Positions 50,302-62,351 of a DNA stretch of 64,000 nt are shown in pieces. Origin of the DNA: an uncultured delta proteobacterium. Lineage in GTDB: Bacteria > Desulfobacterota > Desulfobaccia > Desulfobaccales > 0-14-0-80-60-11. The position numbers and the translations under genes were made by a program. The number at the start of each line of letters is the position of its first letter. Position 1 is the stretch's first letter. Below the pieces are notes generated by a model. That model ran no database searches, was not told the origin of the DNA, and saw nothing but the letters and a program-made list of their open reading frames with translations. The stretch lies in NCBI GenBank assembly GCA_963812015.1, contig CAWETI010000002.1, positions 1,088,001 through 1,152,000 of the forward strand, in the 5' to 3' direction.

Positions 50302-51624
50302 GTGAAGTGCAGCCAGTGCCGGTATGTGCTTGCGGCTTGGGTGTTGTGGGTGGTTCTGGGCCTGGGTGTGAGTCAAGCGGGGGCCCAGGAGCCTAAATCC
50401 GGCCTGCCCCCGGATTTACAAGTCCTCATCAATGAAGCCTTGCAGGCCAATGCCGAAATCAAGCAGATGCGGGGGCAGTTCGCGGCATCCAAAGAGACGG
50501 TCCGACCCGCCGGGGCCCTGGATGACCCGGAGGTCGCGTTCAGCATGAAGGATATCCCGGTGGACACCTGGCGCCTGAACCAGGAACCCATGACCCAGAA
50601 GATGCTGGAATTGTCCCAAAAATTCCCCTTCCCCGGCAAACGCCGCCTCCGCTCCGAAGTGGCCGCAGAGCAAGCCCGCTCAGACGAGTATGCCTATAAA
50701 GACAAGGCCAACGAAGTCAGGGCCAAAGTAGTGATCGCCTATTGGGGCCTCTCCCTGGCCCAAACCAACCATGACCTGACCCAGAAGAACAAGCAATTCT
50801 GGGACCAGGTGGTCCAGGTGACCGAGACTCGTTATGGGGTCGGTCAGGGGATGCAGGCCGACGTGCTCCAGGCCCAGGTGGAGCTGGGCAACTATCTGGA
50901 CCGCCTCTTCCAATGGACCCAGAAACAAGAATCCTTCCAGGCCGATTTAAACGCCCTGAGATCCAAGCCCCCCCAAGCCCCGATATCCCGGCCCCAACCG
51001 TTGAAGCCCCGGCCATTCGCCCTAAAATTAGACGAATTACTGGCCCAAGCCGAAGCCCGGCCCCAGCTGCAAGCCTTAAAAATCATCATTGCCAAACAGG
51101 AAAAGGCAGTGGACCTGGCCCGCAAGGAGTATTATCCCGATGCCAGGATAACGGTGGGTTACGGCTTCCGGGAAACCTTGGGCCCGCCCGTTTATCAAAA
51201 ACAGGCGGATATGTTCACCGGCTCGGTCATGTTCAACGTGCCTATCTGGCACGACTCCAAGATCAAGCCCAAGATCAGGGAGGAGTTAGAGAAACAAGGC
51301 GTGGCCAAAGATGCCCATCTTTCCGCCTGGAACCAGCTCGGGGCCGCCATCAAGGACCGGTATGTCAAGCTCCAGCGCCTGGCCAAGCAAATCACCCTTT
51401 TCGACCAGGGGATCATCCCCCAGGCCCGGCAAGCGGTGGGGGCGGCCCTGGCCTCGTACCAGGTGGGATCTCTCCCTTTCAATCAGCTCTACCAGAACCA
51501 AATAGCCGTTTATAATGCGGAAATGCAATTAGAGGAATATCTCAAAGACTTTGAAGAAAATTGGGCCGAATTGGAGTGGCTGGTGGGTGCCGAACTGCCC
51601 CGGCTGCCGGGAGGGAAAAAATGA
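50302..51624 (+). CDS. TolC-family outer-membrane efflux protein (CusC-like)
   Basis: Signal peptide; 'SQKFPFPGK', 'YGVGQGMQADVL'; first gene of the RND operon; start uncertain. Confidence 0.88.
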   Translation: MKCSQCRYVLAAWVLWVVLGLGVSQAGAQEPKSGLPPDLQVLINEALQANAEIKQMRGQFAASKETVRPAGALDDPEVAFSMKDIPVDTWRLNQEPMTQKMLELSQKFPFPGKRRLRSEVAAEQARSDEYAYKDKANEVRAKVVIAYWGLSLAQTNHDLTQKNKQFWDQVVQVTETRYGVGQGMQADVLQAQVELGNYLDRLFQWTQKQESFQADLNALRSKPPQAPISRPQPLKPRPFALKLDELLAQAEARPQLQALKIIIAKQEKAVDLARKEYYPDARITVGYGFRETLGPPVYQKQADMFTGSVMFNVPIWHDSKIKPKIREELEKQGVAKDAHLSAWNQLGAAIKDRYVKLQRLAKQITLFDQGIIPQARQAVGAALASYQVGSLPFNQLYQNQIAVYNAEMQLEEYLKDFEENWAELEWLVGAELPRLPGGKK

Positions 51625-53300
51625 CTCCTGCTTCGCGCCGCAAAAACTGGTGGGGGCTGGGACTGGTCCTGACTGTGGTTATCCTGGCGGGATTATACTT
51701 TTCCGGCTTGGTGCCCTTGCCCTTTGGCAAAGCAACCCCGAAGCCCCTCTGTTACGTCTCGCCCAAGAACCCCAATTTCATCAAAGAAGCGCCGGGCAAG
51801 GACCCCGAAGGCCATGACCTGGTGCCGGTCTACGCCACCGGGACCCCGGGCCAGACGGCTCCCCCGGCGGTCGCGCCCCAGGCTCCCCAGGCGGAGCGCA
51901 AGATCAAGTACTGGCACTGCCCCATGCATCCGGAAGTCGTCTCCGAGAAGCCCGGCAAATGCCCGAAGTGCGGCATGGAGCTAGTCCCGATCTATGCAGA
52001 AGCTCCAGCCCCGGCACCCGCCGCCCCGGCTCCGGCCGCCCAGAAAGAGCGGAAGATCAAATACTGGGTGTCACCCATGGACCCCGGCTACGTCCGGGAC
52101 CAGCCCGGGAAAGCCCCCTGCGGCATGGATATGGTGCCGGTCTATGAGGAAGTGGGGGAGGCCGCCGCCGGTGGTGGCGCCATCGCGGTGTCGCCCGCCA
52201 CCATCCAGTCCATGGGGGTGCGCACGGCCAAGGTGGAGGTCAGACCTCTGTCCCGGGACACCCTGACCGTAGGTTTGGTGACGTTGAACGAGCGCAGCCT
52301 GACCGTCGTCAACACCAAGGTGAGCGGCTGGGTGGAGCACCTCTACGTCAATGCCACCGGCGACCCGGTGCGCAAGGGCCAGACACTTTTGAGCATTTAC
52401 AGCCCGGAGCTGGTCTCCACCCAGGAGGAGTACCTGCTGGCCTTAAAGAATCTCCAGGCCATGGGGAAAAGCCCGATTAAAGATCTGGCGGAAGGGGCCC
52501 AGCGCCTGGCCGCGGCCTCCCGCCGCCGTCTGCAGCTCTTCGATATCACCCCGGCCCAAATCGCCGACCTGGAGACGACCGGAAAAGTGAGAAAAAATCT
52601 GGCCCTGGTCTCGCCCGCCAACGGTATCGTCATGAAGCGCATGGTTACCCAGGGGATGTACGTCCAGGCGGGCATGCCCCTGTTGGAGGTGGCCGATCTT
52701 TCCACCATCTGGGTGGATGCCGACGTTTACCAGTACGAGCTGCCCTGGATCAAGGTGGGGCAGCCGGTGGAAATGACCTTGGACTATTTGCCCGGGGAGG
52801 CCTTCCCGGGAAAAATCGACTACATCTACCCCTATTTCAAGGAGGCCACCCGCACCGCCAGGGTTCGCCTGCGGTTCCCGAACCCGAGTCTCAAGCTCAA
52901 GCCGGACATGTTCGCCTCGGTCAAGATCAAATCGCCGGCGACCCATGAAGCGGTGGTGGTGCCCCTGGAAGCCGTGCTGGACACCGGCCTCAAACAGCAC
53001 GTTTTCATCGCCCTGGGCCAGGGCCGCTTCGAGCCCCGGGAAGTGAAACTGGGAGTCTACGGCAACGACAATCATTACCGCGAGGTCCTCTCCGGCCTGA
53101 AGGGCGGGGAAGAGATCGTCACGTCGGCGCAATTCCTGCTGGATTCCGAATCCCGCTTCCGGGAGGCCATCCAGATGATGCTGACGCCGCAAGGGACGCC
53201 GGAGCAGGGCGAGGCCCCGCCGCCGGCCATGCCCGGGATGCAGATGGAAGGCCAGAAAGCCGCCCCGCCGGCCCCCATGCCTCCGGGCCACAAACATTGA
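51621..53300 (+). CDS. cusB: RND periplasmic adaptor with heavy-metal-binding repeats
   Basis: CPMHP..KPGKCPKCGM, SPMDP..PGKAPCGMD, YSPEL, LKPDMF, AQFLLDSES. Confidence 0.88.
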   Translation: MTPASRRKNWWGLGLVLTVVILAGLYFSGLVPLPFGKATPKPLCYVSPKNPNFIKEAPGKDPEGHDLVPVYATGTPGQTAPPAVAPQAPQAERKIKYWHCPMHPEVVSEKPGKCPKCGMELVPIYAEAPAPAPAAPAPAAQKERKIKYWVSPMDPGYVRDQPGKAPCGMDMVPVYEEVGEAAAGGGAIAVSPATIQSMGVRTAKVEVRPLSRDTLTVGLVTLNERSLTVVNTKVSGWVEHLYVNATGDPVRKGQTLLSIYSPELVSTQEEYLLALKNLQAMGKSPIKDLAEGAQRLAAASRRRLQLFDITPAQIADLETTGKVRKNLALVSPANGIVMKRMVTQGMYVQAGMPLLEVADLSTIWVDADVYQYELPWIKVGQPVEMTLDYLPGEAFPGKIDYIYPYFKEATRTARVRLRFPNPSLKLKPDMFASVKIKSPATHEAVVVPLEAVLDTGLKQHVFIALGQGRFEPREVKLGVYGNDNHYREVLSGLKGGEEIVTSAQFLLDSESRFREAIQMMLTPQGTPEQGEAPPPAMPGMQMEGQKAAPPAPMPPGHKH

Positions 53301-53316
53301 TGAGCGCCACTAAGCC

Positions 53317-56300
53317 ATGATCGCCAAAATTATCGAAGCCTGCGTTCGCAACCGGGTCCTGGTGCTCATTGTTTGGCTCCTGGTCACCGTCTGGGGCATT
53401 TACGCCGCCTTGAGCATCCCGGTGGACGCCATCCCCGACCTCTCCGACGTCCAGGTTATCATCCGCACCGATTTTCCCGAACAGGCCCCCCAGATCATCG
53501 AGGACCAGGTGACTTATCCCTTGACCACCGCCATGCTGGCGGTGCCCGGGGCCAAGGTGGTGCGAGGCTTTTCCCAATTCGGCCTGTCCCTGGTTTATGT
53601 GATCTTCGAAGACGGCACCGATATTTACTGGGCCCGTTCCCGGGTGCTGGAATATCTCAACTATGTCCGGGGCAAACTGCCCGCGGCCGTGAACCCCACC
53701 CTGGGCCCCGATGCCACCGGGGTGGGCTGGGTCTTTGAATACGCCCTGGAAGACCCCACCGGCAAACATGACCTGGCCCAGCTCCGCAGCATCCAGGATT
53801 GGTACCTGCGCTATCAGTTGCAAACCGTCCCCGGGGTCTCGGAAGTGGCCAGCGTCGGCGGTTTTGTCAAACAGTACCAGGTGGTGGTGGACCCCAACCA
53901 GCTGGCGGCTTACAAGGTCCCCCTGTCCAAAATTAAGATGGCCATTCAGCGCTCCAACCAGGATACCGGGGGGGCGTCGATCGAAAAAGCCGAAACCGAG
54001 TTCATGGTCAGGGCCCTGGGCTACATCAAGACCATGGCCGACGTCGAAAACATTGTGGTGGGCACCGACGGGAAGGGGACCCCCATCTTGGTGAAAGACG
54101 TGGGGCTGGTCCGCATGGGCCCGGAACTGCGGCGGGGTATTACCGAGGCCAACGGCCAGGGCGAGGTGGTGGGCGGCATCGTGGTGATGCGCTTTGGCGA
54201 AAATGCCCGGCAGGTCATCAATGGCGTCAAACAGAAATTGGCGGATCTCAAGTCCGGGCTGCCCCCGGGGGTACAGGTGGTCACCGCTTACGACCGCTCC
54301 GGATTAATCCAGCGGGCCATCGACACCTTAAAAAGGACCATCACCGAAGAAATCATCATTGTCTCTTTGGTCTGCTTTGTCTTTCTCCTGCACGTGCGCA
54401 GCGCCATCGTGGCCATCATCAGCCTGCCCCTGGGAGTGCTCATCTCCCTGATCCTGCAATATCAATTCAATATTAACGCCAACATCTTGAGCCTGGCGGG
54501 GATTGCCATCGCCATCGGCGCCATGGTGGACGCCTCGGTGGTGATGGTGGAAAACGCCCACAAGCACATCGAGCACGCCCCCCCCGATGCGCCTCGGGAG
54601 CCCCTCATCCTGGAGGCCGCCAAGGAAGTGGGGCCTTCCCTGTTCTTCGCCATCCTGGTGCTCACCGTCTCGTTTTTGCCCATCTTCGCCCTGAGTGGGG
54701 AAACCGGCCGCCTGTTCCGGCCCCTGGCCTTCACCAAGACCTTTGCCATGGGCGGATCCGCCATCCTGGCCATCACCCTGATCCCCATCCTCATGATCTA
54801 CTTCATCCGGGGCAAGATCATCCCGGACATGGAAAACCCGGTGGCCCGGGCCACCATGGTGGTCTACCGGCCGGTAGTCCGCTGGATCATGCGGGCTCCC
54901 AAGACCGCCATCCTCCTGGCCTGTCTCGCCATGGCGGCCACCGTCTATCCCCTGATGCACCTGGGCTCCGAGTTTATGCCGCCTCTGGATGAGGGGGACC
55001 TGCTGTATATGCCCACCACCATGCCGGGCATCTCCATCACCGGGGCGAAAAACGTCCTCCAGCAGACGGACCGCATCATCCGGACCTTCCCCGAGGTGGA
55101 GTACGTCTTCGGCAAGGCCGGCCGGGCCGAAACCGCCACGGACCCCGCGCCCCTGAGCATGATTGAAACCACCATCCGCCTCAAGGATCGCAAATTCTGG
55201 CGCCCGGGCCTGACCACGGAAGCCCTCATCCGGGAGATGGATGCAGCGGTGAAATTTCCCGGGCTGGCCAATTCCTGGGGCTATCCCATCAAGATCCGCA
55301 TCGATATGCTCTCCACCGGCATCAAGACCCCGGTGGGTCTCAAATTTTTAGGCGCGGACCTGGACGTCTTGAACCGCCTGGCGGTGGAGGCCGAGGCCAT
55401 TTTAAAAGACGTGCCCGGCACGGCCAGCGCCTTCGCCGAACGCGTCACCGGGGGTTATTATCTCGACTTTATCATCAAGCGCCGGGAGGCGGCCCGCTAC
55501 GGCCTGACGGTGGGAGATGTCCAGGAAGTCATTACCAGCGCGGTGGGCGGGGAAAATATCACCCAGACCGTGGAGGGCCTGGAGCGCTACCCGGTGAATT
55601 TGCGCTACTTCCAGGATTACCGCCAAAACCTGCCGGCCCTGCGCCGCATCCTCATCAGTACGCCCGACGGGGGCCAGGTGCCCGTGGAGCAGGTCGCCGA
55701 CATTCAGGTCCACCAGGGCGCCGACATGATCAAGAGTGAAGGCTCCCGGCGAGCCGCCTGGGTCTTCGTCGATCTTCATGATATCGACGTGGGCACCTAT
55801 GTCCAGAAAGCCAAGGAAGTCATCGCCGCCCGGTTGAAGATTCCCGCCGGCTACAGTCTCATTTGGAGCGGCCAGTACGAATACATGGAGGCCGCCAGAA
55901 AACGGCTGCAAATCATCATCCCCATAACCCTGGTCCTGGTCTTCCTGCTCCTCTACCTGAACACCCACTCCCTCATCAAGGTCGGCATCGTCATGCTGGC
56001 GGTGCCCTTTTCTCTGCTGGGGGCCATCTGGCTCCTCTATCTCCTGGGCTACCACCTCAGTGTGGGGGTGGTCGTGGGGATGCTGGCCCTGGCGGGCCTG
56101 GACGCGGAGACCGGGGTCCTCATGCTCCTGTACCTGGATATCGCCCACGACCAGCGGCAGGCGGCGGGGCTGATGAATACCGAACAAGATCTGCGGGATG
56201 CCATTGAGCACGGCGCGGTCATGCGGGTGCGCCCGAAGCACATGACTATCCTGGCTAATTTGCTGGGCCTGCTTCCCATCATGTGGGCCTCCGGCACCGG

Positions 56301-56445
56301 CTCCGAAGTGGCCAAGCGCATCGCCGCCCCCATGGTGGGAGGCGTGGCCACCTCGTATCTCCTGGAACTGCTCATCTATCCGGCTATCTATTTGCTGTGG
56401 AAGCGGCACACTGACCTAAAGAAACCACGATCCCCCGCCGCCTAA
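53317..56445 (+). CDS. cusA: Cu(I)/Ag(I) RND efflux pump
   Basis: DAIPDLSDVQV; Met triad context LLYMP / PLSMIET / RIDML; GAMVD. Confidence 0.93.
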   Translation: MIAKIIEACVRNRVLVLIVWLLVTVWGIYAALSIPVDAIPDLSDVQVIIRTDFPEQAPQIIEDQVTYPLTTAMLAVPGAKVVRGFSQFGLSLVYVIFEDGTDIYWARSRVLEYLNYVRGKLPAAVNPTLGPDATGVGWVFEYALEDPTGKHDLAQLRSIQDWYLRYQLQTVPGVSEVASVGGFVKQYQVVVDPNQLAAYKVPLSKIKMAIQRSNQDTGGASIEKAETEFMVRALGYIKTMADVENIVVGTDGKGTPILVKDVGLVRMGPELRRGITEANGQGEVVGGIVVMRFGENARQVINGVKQKLADLKSGLPPGVQVVTAYDRSGLIQRAIDTLKRTITEEIIIVSLVCFVFLLHVRSAIVAIISLPLGVLISLILQYQFNINANILSLAGIAIAIGAMVDASVVMVENAHKHIEHAPPDAPREPLILEAAKEVGPSLFFAILVLTVSFLPIFALSGETGRLFRPLAFTKTFAMGGSAILAITLIPILMIYFIRGKIIPDMENPVARATMVVYRPVVRWIMRAPKTAILLACLAMAATVYPLMHLGSEFMPPLDEGDLLYMPTTMPGISITGAKNVLQQTDRIIRTFPEVEYVFGKAGRAETATDPAPLSMIETTIRLKDRKFWRPGLTTEALIREMDAAVKFPGLANSWGYPIKIRIDMLSTGIKTPVGLKFLGADLDVLNRLAVEAEAILKDVPGTASAFAERVTGGYYLDFIIKRREAARYGLTVGDVQEVITSAVGGENITQTVEGLERYPVNLRYFQDYRQNLPALRRILISTPDGGQVPVEQVADIQVHQGADMIKSEGSRRAAWVFVDLHDIDVGTYVQKAKEVIAARLKIPAGYSLIWSGQYEYMEAARKRLQIIIPITLVLVFLLLYLNTHSLIKVGIVMLAVPFSLLGAIWLLYLLGYHLSVGVVVGMLALAGLDAETGVLMLLYLDIAHDQRQAAGLMNTEQDLRDAIEHGAVMRVRPKHMTILANLLGLLPIMWASGTGSEVAKRIAAPMVGGVATSYLLELLIYPAIYLLWKRHTDLKKPRSPAA

Positions 56446-56604
56446 ACCTGTCCGCCCCCACGGGAAAAGGCCTTTGGGGCCCCTGGGGCGAGTAAAACCT
56501 GCGCCGCGCCGGCCTCTTGCGCTGCCGAAAAAAACGCCTAACATATAAACAACCGACCGGGCCCTGCCCCACTGTGATACCCGGTCTCTCCCCAGAAAAC
56601 GCGC

Positions 56605-57021
56605 ATGAAGCAGATTATCGCGACGCTATTGGTGATCGTCTGCCTGTGGCCCCCACTGGTCGGGTTGGCCCAGGAAGCGGACCGGAGTTCCCCTCCGCCC
56701 CTTAACCTGCCGGACCTGGGGCCGCCCACCCCTGAGATGCTCAGAGAAATGATGGAGCTATGGCGGAAAATGGGCCCTGAATTCCCCCTCAATGCCCCGA
56801 TGCTCCAGGGGTTGGAGGAGTTGGCCAAGGCAGGCCGCCTGACGCCGGAAGCCCGGCAAAAGTTGGCGGATTTAGGCAGGCGGATGGAACGGTTGGCCAC
56901 CGAGAATTTTTCCCCTGCCGACCCCCAAAACCAGCAGCATTACCAGGACTTGATCAACCAGATGCAGAGGCTGATCCAGGGGGTGGAAAATGCCGATAAG
57001 ACCGGGACAGGCTGCCAATAA
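56605..57021 (+). CDS. Exported helical Met-rich hypothetical protein
   Basis: Signal peptide, 138 aa, downstream of cusA. Confidence 0.6.
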   Translation: MKQIIATLLVIVCLWPPLVGLAQEADRSSPPPLNLPDLGPPTPEMLREMMELWRKMGPEFPLNAPMLQGLEELAKAGRLTPEARQKLADLGRRMERLATENFSPADPQNQQHYQDLINQMQRLIQGVENADKTGTGCQ

Positions 57022-57087
57022 TTTCCCGGATGAGCGTGCTCCGGCCAGGCCCGGAGACTGAAAGCCGATTAGGAGGACAAAATCCAC

Positions 57088-57615
57088 GTGAAAAAAATCA
57101 TGGTAGTTCTGGTGATGGCCATTTCCCTGGCCCTGGTCTGCCCGACGCTGGCCCAGACCGGTCCCGGGGGCGGCATGGGCCCCGGCGGCGGGGGGCCCGG
57201 TATGGGCCCGGGAGGTGGCATGGGCGCCCGACTCTACAACCCTCAGACCGTCACCACGGTCACGGGACAGGTGGAAAAACTGGAAGAACTGCCCAGCATG
57301 GGGCGGGGCGGCGGCATGGGCATGCATTACCGGGGTGTGCTCCTGAAGACGGACCAGGGAAGCCTCATGGTGCACCTGGGGCCCGGCTGGTATGTGGCCG
57401 ACCAGAAGTTCGTGGTTAAGGCCGGGGATACCCTTGAGGCCACCGGTTCCAAGGTGACCCTGAACAACCAGCCGGCCATTATAGCCCGGGAGGTTAAGGT
57501 GGAGGGCAAGACCTTGAAACTCCGGGACGATCAGGGGCTGCCGGTGTGGCGCGGCATGGGCCGCGGTCCCGGCGGGCCGGGCATGGGGCCAGGCAAGGGG
57601 CCCGGCGGGATGTAA
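57088..57615 (+). CDS. Exported Gly/Met-rich OB-fold-like protein
   Basis: Signal peptide, GMGPG repeats, 'YNPQTVTTVTG', 'VHLGPGWY', 'LRDDQGLPVW'. Confidence 0.8.
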   Translation: MKKIMVVLVMAISLALVCPTLAQTGPGGGMGPGGGGPGMGPGGGMGARLYNPQTVTTVTGQVEKLEELPSMGRGGGMGMHYRGVLLKTDQGSLMVHLGPGWYVADQKFVVKAGDTLEATGSKVTLNNQPAIIAREVKVEGKTLKLRDDQGLPVWRGMGRGPGGPGMGPGKGPGGM

Positions 57616-57720
57616 TCCCTGCCCCGGGTCGTTCACATCGCCTCAAGAGCGGTTCCGGGGCGGGTGGCCCGTCAAGTCGCAGAAGCTATGAGTCGGATCA
57701 AGCCAGTTCCGGCCTGACCT

Positions 57721-57942
57721 GTGAGGCAACAGGTGATGACCAGGCGATGCTGGGGAGTATTAGGACTGTTGCTGGTAGTGCCGGTGACGCTCCTGGCAGG
57801 GTGCGCTCCTGAAACGGCCTACCGGGGCGCCGCTGCCGACGAATCATACATCACCGATGTCCCTCCCTCTTTTTACGACAATGACCCGGCCTTGAGGCAT
57901 TGGTTCACCGCCCCCTATTGGATGCCTGATGCCGGTCCGTAA
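57721..57942 (+). CDS. Small lipoprotein
   Basis: LLAGC lipobox; C-terminal 'WFTAPYW'. Confidence 0.55.
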   Translation: MRQQVMTRRCWGVLGLLLVVPVTLLAGCAPETAYRGAAADESYITDVPPSFYDNDPALRHWFTAPYWMPDAGP

Positions 57943-58019
57943 GCCTTGGTTTCGGGTGGGGCCGGGTGCCGAGTCAGAGACCGGCTCCACTCCTCAGGGG
58001 AAATTGGTGTGATGGCGCC

Positions 58020-58436
58020 TTAGCCGGTCATGAGGGGAGAAAGATAGGTGCATCCCTGCCTGAGGGTCTTAATCGCTGATAAGAGCTCTTTGTCCACTTC
58101 GTCCTTGAGGAGATAACCCTCGGCCCCGGCCAACCTGGCCTGATCCGCATATTCCGGCCGGTTGTGCAGGGTCAGGATCAACACCTTGATCTCGGGATGG
58201 CTCGCCTTGATCATCCGGGTCGCTTCGAGGCCCCCCAGATACGGCATGGAAATATCTAGGATAATGAGTTGGGGGGTCCAGTGTTTCAAGCATTCCAGGA
58301 GTTCCAGCCCGTCCTGTAATTCCCCCACCACCCGCATCTCGGCATTTTCTTCAATGATTTTTCTGACCCCTTGACGTAGCAGGGGATGATCATCCACCAG
58401 CAAAATCTCATAAAAAAATGGCGTGACCTTACACAT
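58020..58436 (-). CDS. NarL-like receiver-only response regulator
   Basis: LVDDH, IILD, YLLK; ends at YLSPLMTG with no HTH. Confidence 0.85.
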   Translation of the reverse strand: MCKVTPFFYEILLVDDHPLLRQGVRKIIEENAEMRVVGELQDGLELLECLKHWTPQLIILDISMPYLGGLEATRMIKASHPEIKVLILTLHNRPEYADQARLAGAEGYLLKDEVDKELLSAIKTLRQGCTYLSPLMTG

Positions 58437-58494
58437 ACCGTTGCCCCTGGCATACGCCCCGGCCTGAGTCGAACTAACCCTTGTATGTTAAAGG

Positions 58495-59651
<1,157 letters not shown>

Positions 59652-59668
59652 CATCTAACACAGTCGCT

Positions 59669-59690
59669 CTCCCCCATTGGGGGAGAGGGG
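59669..59690. repeat. Right part of the REP-like hairpin interrupted by IS110
   Basis: Reconstructed empty site: CTAA-CCCTCTCCCCCA-T-TGGGGGAGAGGG. Confidence 0.75.
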
Positions 59691-59777
59691 ATGAGGCCGG
59701 AACGCATCTGGCGCCCCGATTAATAATCCAGAAATTATTTTTTCCCCAGAAACTCATAACCAAAACTAACAAATGCC

Positions 59778-62351
59778 TTAGCCCGCGGCGGCTTCTTGGG
59801 GGCGGAGGCACTTGAGGCTGTAGTCGGCGGTCTTGAAGGCGTTCAGGACGCGGTCCATGACCGCGTCGGAGGACAGGGCCAGGTCAAGCTGGCGGCAGAA
59901 GGCGATGAGCAGCCCGGCCAGCTCCAGGGCCTGCTCCGTTTCCAGGAGGGAGAGCTTGACCAGCCGGCCCTGGACCAGGTCCCCCTTGGCCTGGGCCTTG
60001 AAGCCCAGGTCGTCCAGGAGCTGCTTGACCAGGCGGGCCCGGCGCTCCCGGCGGTCGATTTGGGCGGCCCCGCCCTTGAACTGGAAGCTGATGTAATTGT
60101 CGTTTTTCTCCTCGGAGATGAAGGCGTCGACGATGCCGAAATGGTAGCCGATCCGGGAGTTGAAATTGAGGTAGGACTCGGTGACGATGGCGAAGCTCTT
60201 GCCCCCCAGGCCCCGCTCCGCCTTGGCGGTGTCGTACATGGTGTTGGCGAAGACCGAGATGAAGCCCTTGAGGTCCGGGGCCACCTGGCCGGCCCAACTC
60301 ACCCCGGGGTGGTGAAAGCCCCGGAGGAGGGCCTTAAAGGGCCGGCTGAGGATGTCGTCCTCGGTCACCTGGTCCTGGCCCGTGACTCTTAAGCCGCCCC
60401 CCAGGTCCAGGATGAACAGGTTCAGGGGCAGGTCGGTCTTTAGGCGGCTGACGCGGTTGGATTCCAGGGCTTTTTCCATGTCCGGGATGAACATGGCGTC
60501 CATGGCCTTTTCGTGGCAGAACCGGGTGATGTCGTGGAGGGTGCTGCAGTTGGCGGCCTTAAACTCCGGGCTGCCGGGGTCGAGGAGATGCAATCGGGAA
60601 ATGAGCTTCAAGATGCGGCGCAATTTTTTATAAACCGGGTCGGCGTGCCATTCTTCATCAGGCTCCACCCGGCGGGCCAGCAGTTCGGGCATGAGGCCGG
60701 GATAAATTAGGGCGGCGTCGGCATCCACGGTCACCAGTTGGCCGGAGTGAAGGATCTTGGTGGCGCCGCCCACCTCGACCAGGGTGGGAATCCGGAACTC
60801 CCGGGCCAGGATGGTCATGTGGTCAGTGGGACTCCCCACTTCGGTGATGATGGCGGCAATGCGATCCATGACCAGCACCAGGCGGGCCGAAGGCTGCCTG
60901 GCCACCACCACCGCCCCCGGGGGAATGCTGCCCACATCTTCATCGTAGAGAAAGTGGTGGACCCGGCCGGCGGCCACGCCGCCCACCGCCCGGATGCCAT
61001 AGTGCAGGATGGGGGGGACCATGGGTTCCGGGACGGGGGGGCGCTCTTCTTCGGCAAAGGCCGCGGCGTGGACCCGGAGGGGCCGGGATTGCAGGATGAT
61101 GAGGTTGCCCGCCTCCCCCACGGTCCACTCAATATCCTGGGGGTGGCCGAAATGCTCCTCCAATTCCAGGGCGATATCCGCCAGGGTCCGGACCTGGTCG
61201 TCGGTGAGGCAGGGGGCCTGGGCCTGCTCGGGGGCCAGGACAATTTCCTCCACCCCCCCCTCCGGGCCGCAGGCGAGGGCCACGGGTTTTTCGGCCACCC
61301 GCCGGCTGGTGATGGGGCGGGGTTCCCGGCGGCTCACCGTGAACAGGTCGGGGGATACGGTGCCGTCCACCGCGTATTTGCCCAGGCCCCACACCGCCGA
61401 AATCAGCACGGTGTCGTCCTGGGGGGCGTGGGGGTCCAGGGAAAACATGACACCGCTGGCCCGGGCCGGGACCATGGCGAGGACGCCCACGGCCATGGGG
61501 AGCTCATTGACGGAAAACTGCTGGTACTTCCAGTAGAAAATGGCCCGGGAGGTGAACTTGCTGGCCACAATCTCCTTGTAGTGCTCGGGTAAAGAGGCGG
61601 CGTCGACGTTGAGGAGGGTGGCAAACTGGCCGGCAAAAGAAAATTCGGTGTCTTCCCCCACGGCGCTGGACCGCACCGCCAGCCAGGGGGTGGGCAGGGA
61701 CCGGCCCGCCTGGACGATGGCTTCTTCCAGGTCCAGGGGGAGGGGGGCCTGGCGCACCATGGCCTGCAACTCCTGGCTGATGACCCTGAGGCTGTCCAGG
61801 TCTTGGATGTTGGCCTGGGAGAGCATCGCTTCCAGGTCGGCCGCCAGGCTGGTGGATTCGAGAAAGCGCTTGTAGGCCGCCGCGGTAATGGCAAAGCCCT
61901 GGGGCACCGGCATACCGATGCGGTTGCCGATCTCCCCCAGGTTGGCCATCTTACCCCCCACCGCCGGGGCCAATTCCTGGTTCAGGGCTGACAGGGGCAG
62001 GATAAAGGGGGTATCCGGGATGGTGGGGACCGCTTCCAGGACCTCGTGGAGTTCTTGCCGCAGGCGGTTACAGATGGGAACCAAGTCGTTTTGATAACGA
62101 TTATTGGTGAGCAGGTTGAGGGAAGCCACCATGCCGGCGACCTGCTCGCCCAACTTATCCACCTGGGCATAGAGATAGCTGGAGTCGAAGACGTAATCGC
62201 CGGAAAGTTTTTCTTCCATGTCCGCCATGGTTTCCAGGGCATGGTTGTTGTTGTCCAGGAGGCGGCGGAAATGGATGAATTTTTCCTGCAAGCGGACCTG
62301 TTCCGTCTCTTCAGGTTCTTTGAGAAAGCGCCGCAGGAATTTGAAAACCAT
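59778..62351 (-). CDS. PEP-synthase/PPDK-like protein (PEP/pyruvate-binding + phospho-His mobile domain + unrelated C-terminus)
   Basis: GGKMANLG, AVRSSA.GED, SFAGQF, PQDIEW, LQSRP, TDHMTILAREF; ATG at 62351 follows GGAG. Confidence 0.88.
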   Translation of the reverse strand: MVFKFLRRFLKEPEETEQVRLQEKFIHFRRLLDNNNHALETMADMEEKLSGDYVFDSSYLYAQVDKLGEQVAGMVASLNLLTNNRYQNDLVPICNRLRQELHEVLEAVPTIPDTPFILPLSALNQELAPAVGGKMANLGEIGNRIGMPVPQGFAITAAAYKRFLESTSLAADLEAMLSQANIQDLDSLRVISQELQAMVRQAPLPLDLEEAIVQAGRSLPTPWLAVRSSAVGEDTEFSFAGQFATLLNVDAASLPEHYKEIVASKFTSRAIFYWKYQQFSVNELPMAVGVLAMVPARASGVMFSLDPHAPQDDTVLISAVWGLGKYAVDGTVSPDLFTVSRREPRPITSRRVAEKPVALACGPEGGVEEIVLAPEQAQAPCLTDDQVRTLADIALELEEHFGHPQDIEWTVGEAGNLIILQSRPLRVHAAAFAEEERPPVPEPMVPPILHYGIRAVGGVAAGRVHHFLYDEDVGSIPPGAVVVARQPSARLVLVMDRIAAIITEVGSPTDHMTILAREFRIPTLVEVGGATKILHSGQLVTVDADAALIYPGLMPELLARRVEPDEEWHADPVYKKLRRILKLISRLHLLDPGSPEFKAANCSTLHDITRFCHEKAMDAMFIPDMEKALESNRVSRLKTDLPLNLFILDLGGGLRVTGQDQVTEDDILSRPFKALLRGFHHPGVSWAGQVAPDLKGFISVFANTMYDTAKAERGLGGKSFAIVTESYLNFNSRIGYHFGIVDAFISEEKNDNYISFQFKGGAAQIDRRERRARLVKQLLDDLGFKAQAKGDLVQGRLVKLSLLETEQALELAGLLIAFCRQLDLALSSDAVMDRVLNAFKTADYSLKCLRPQEAAAG

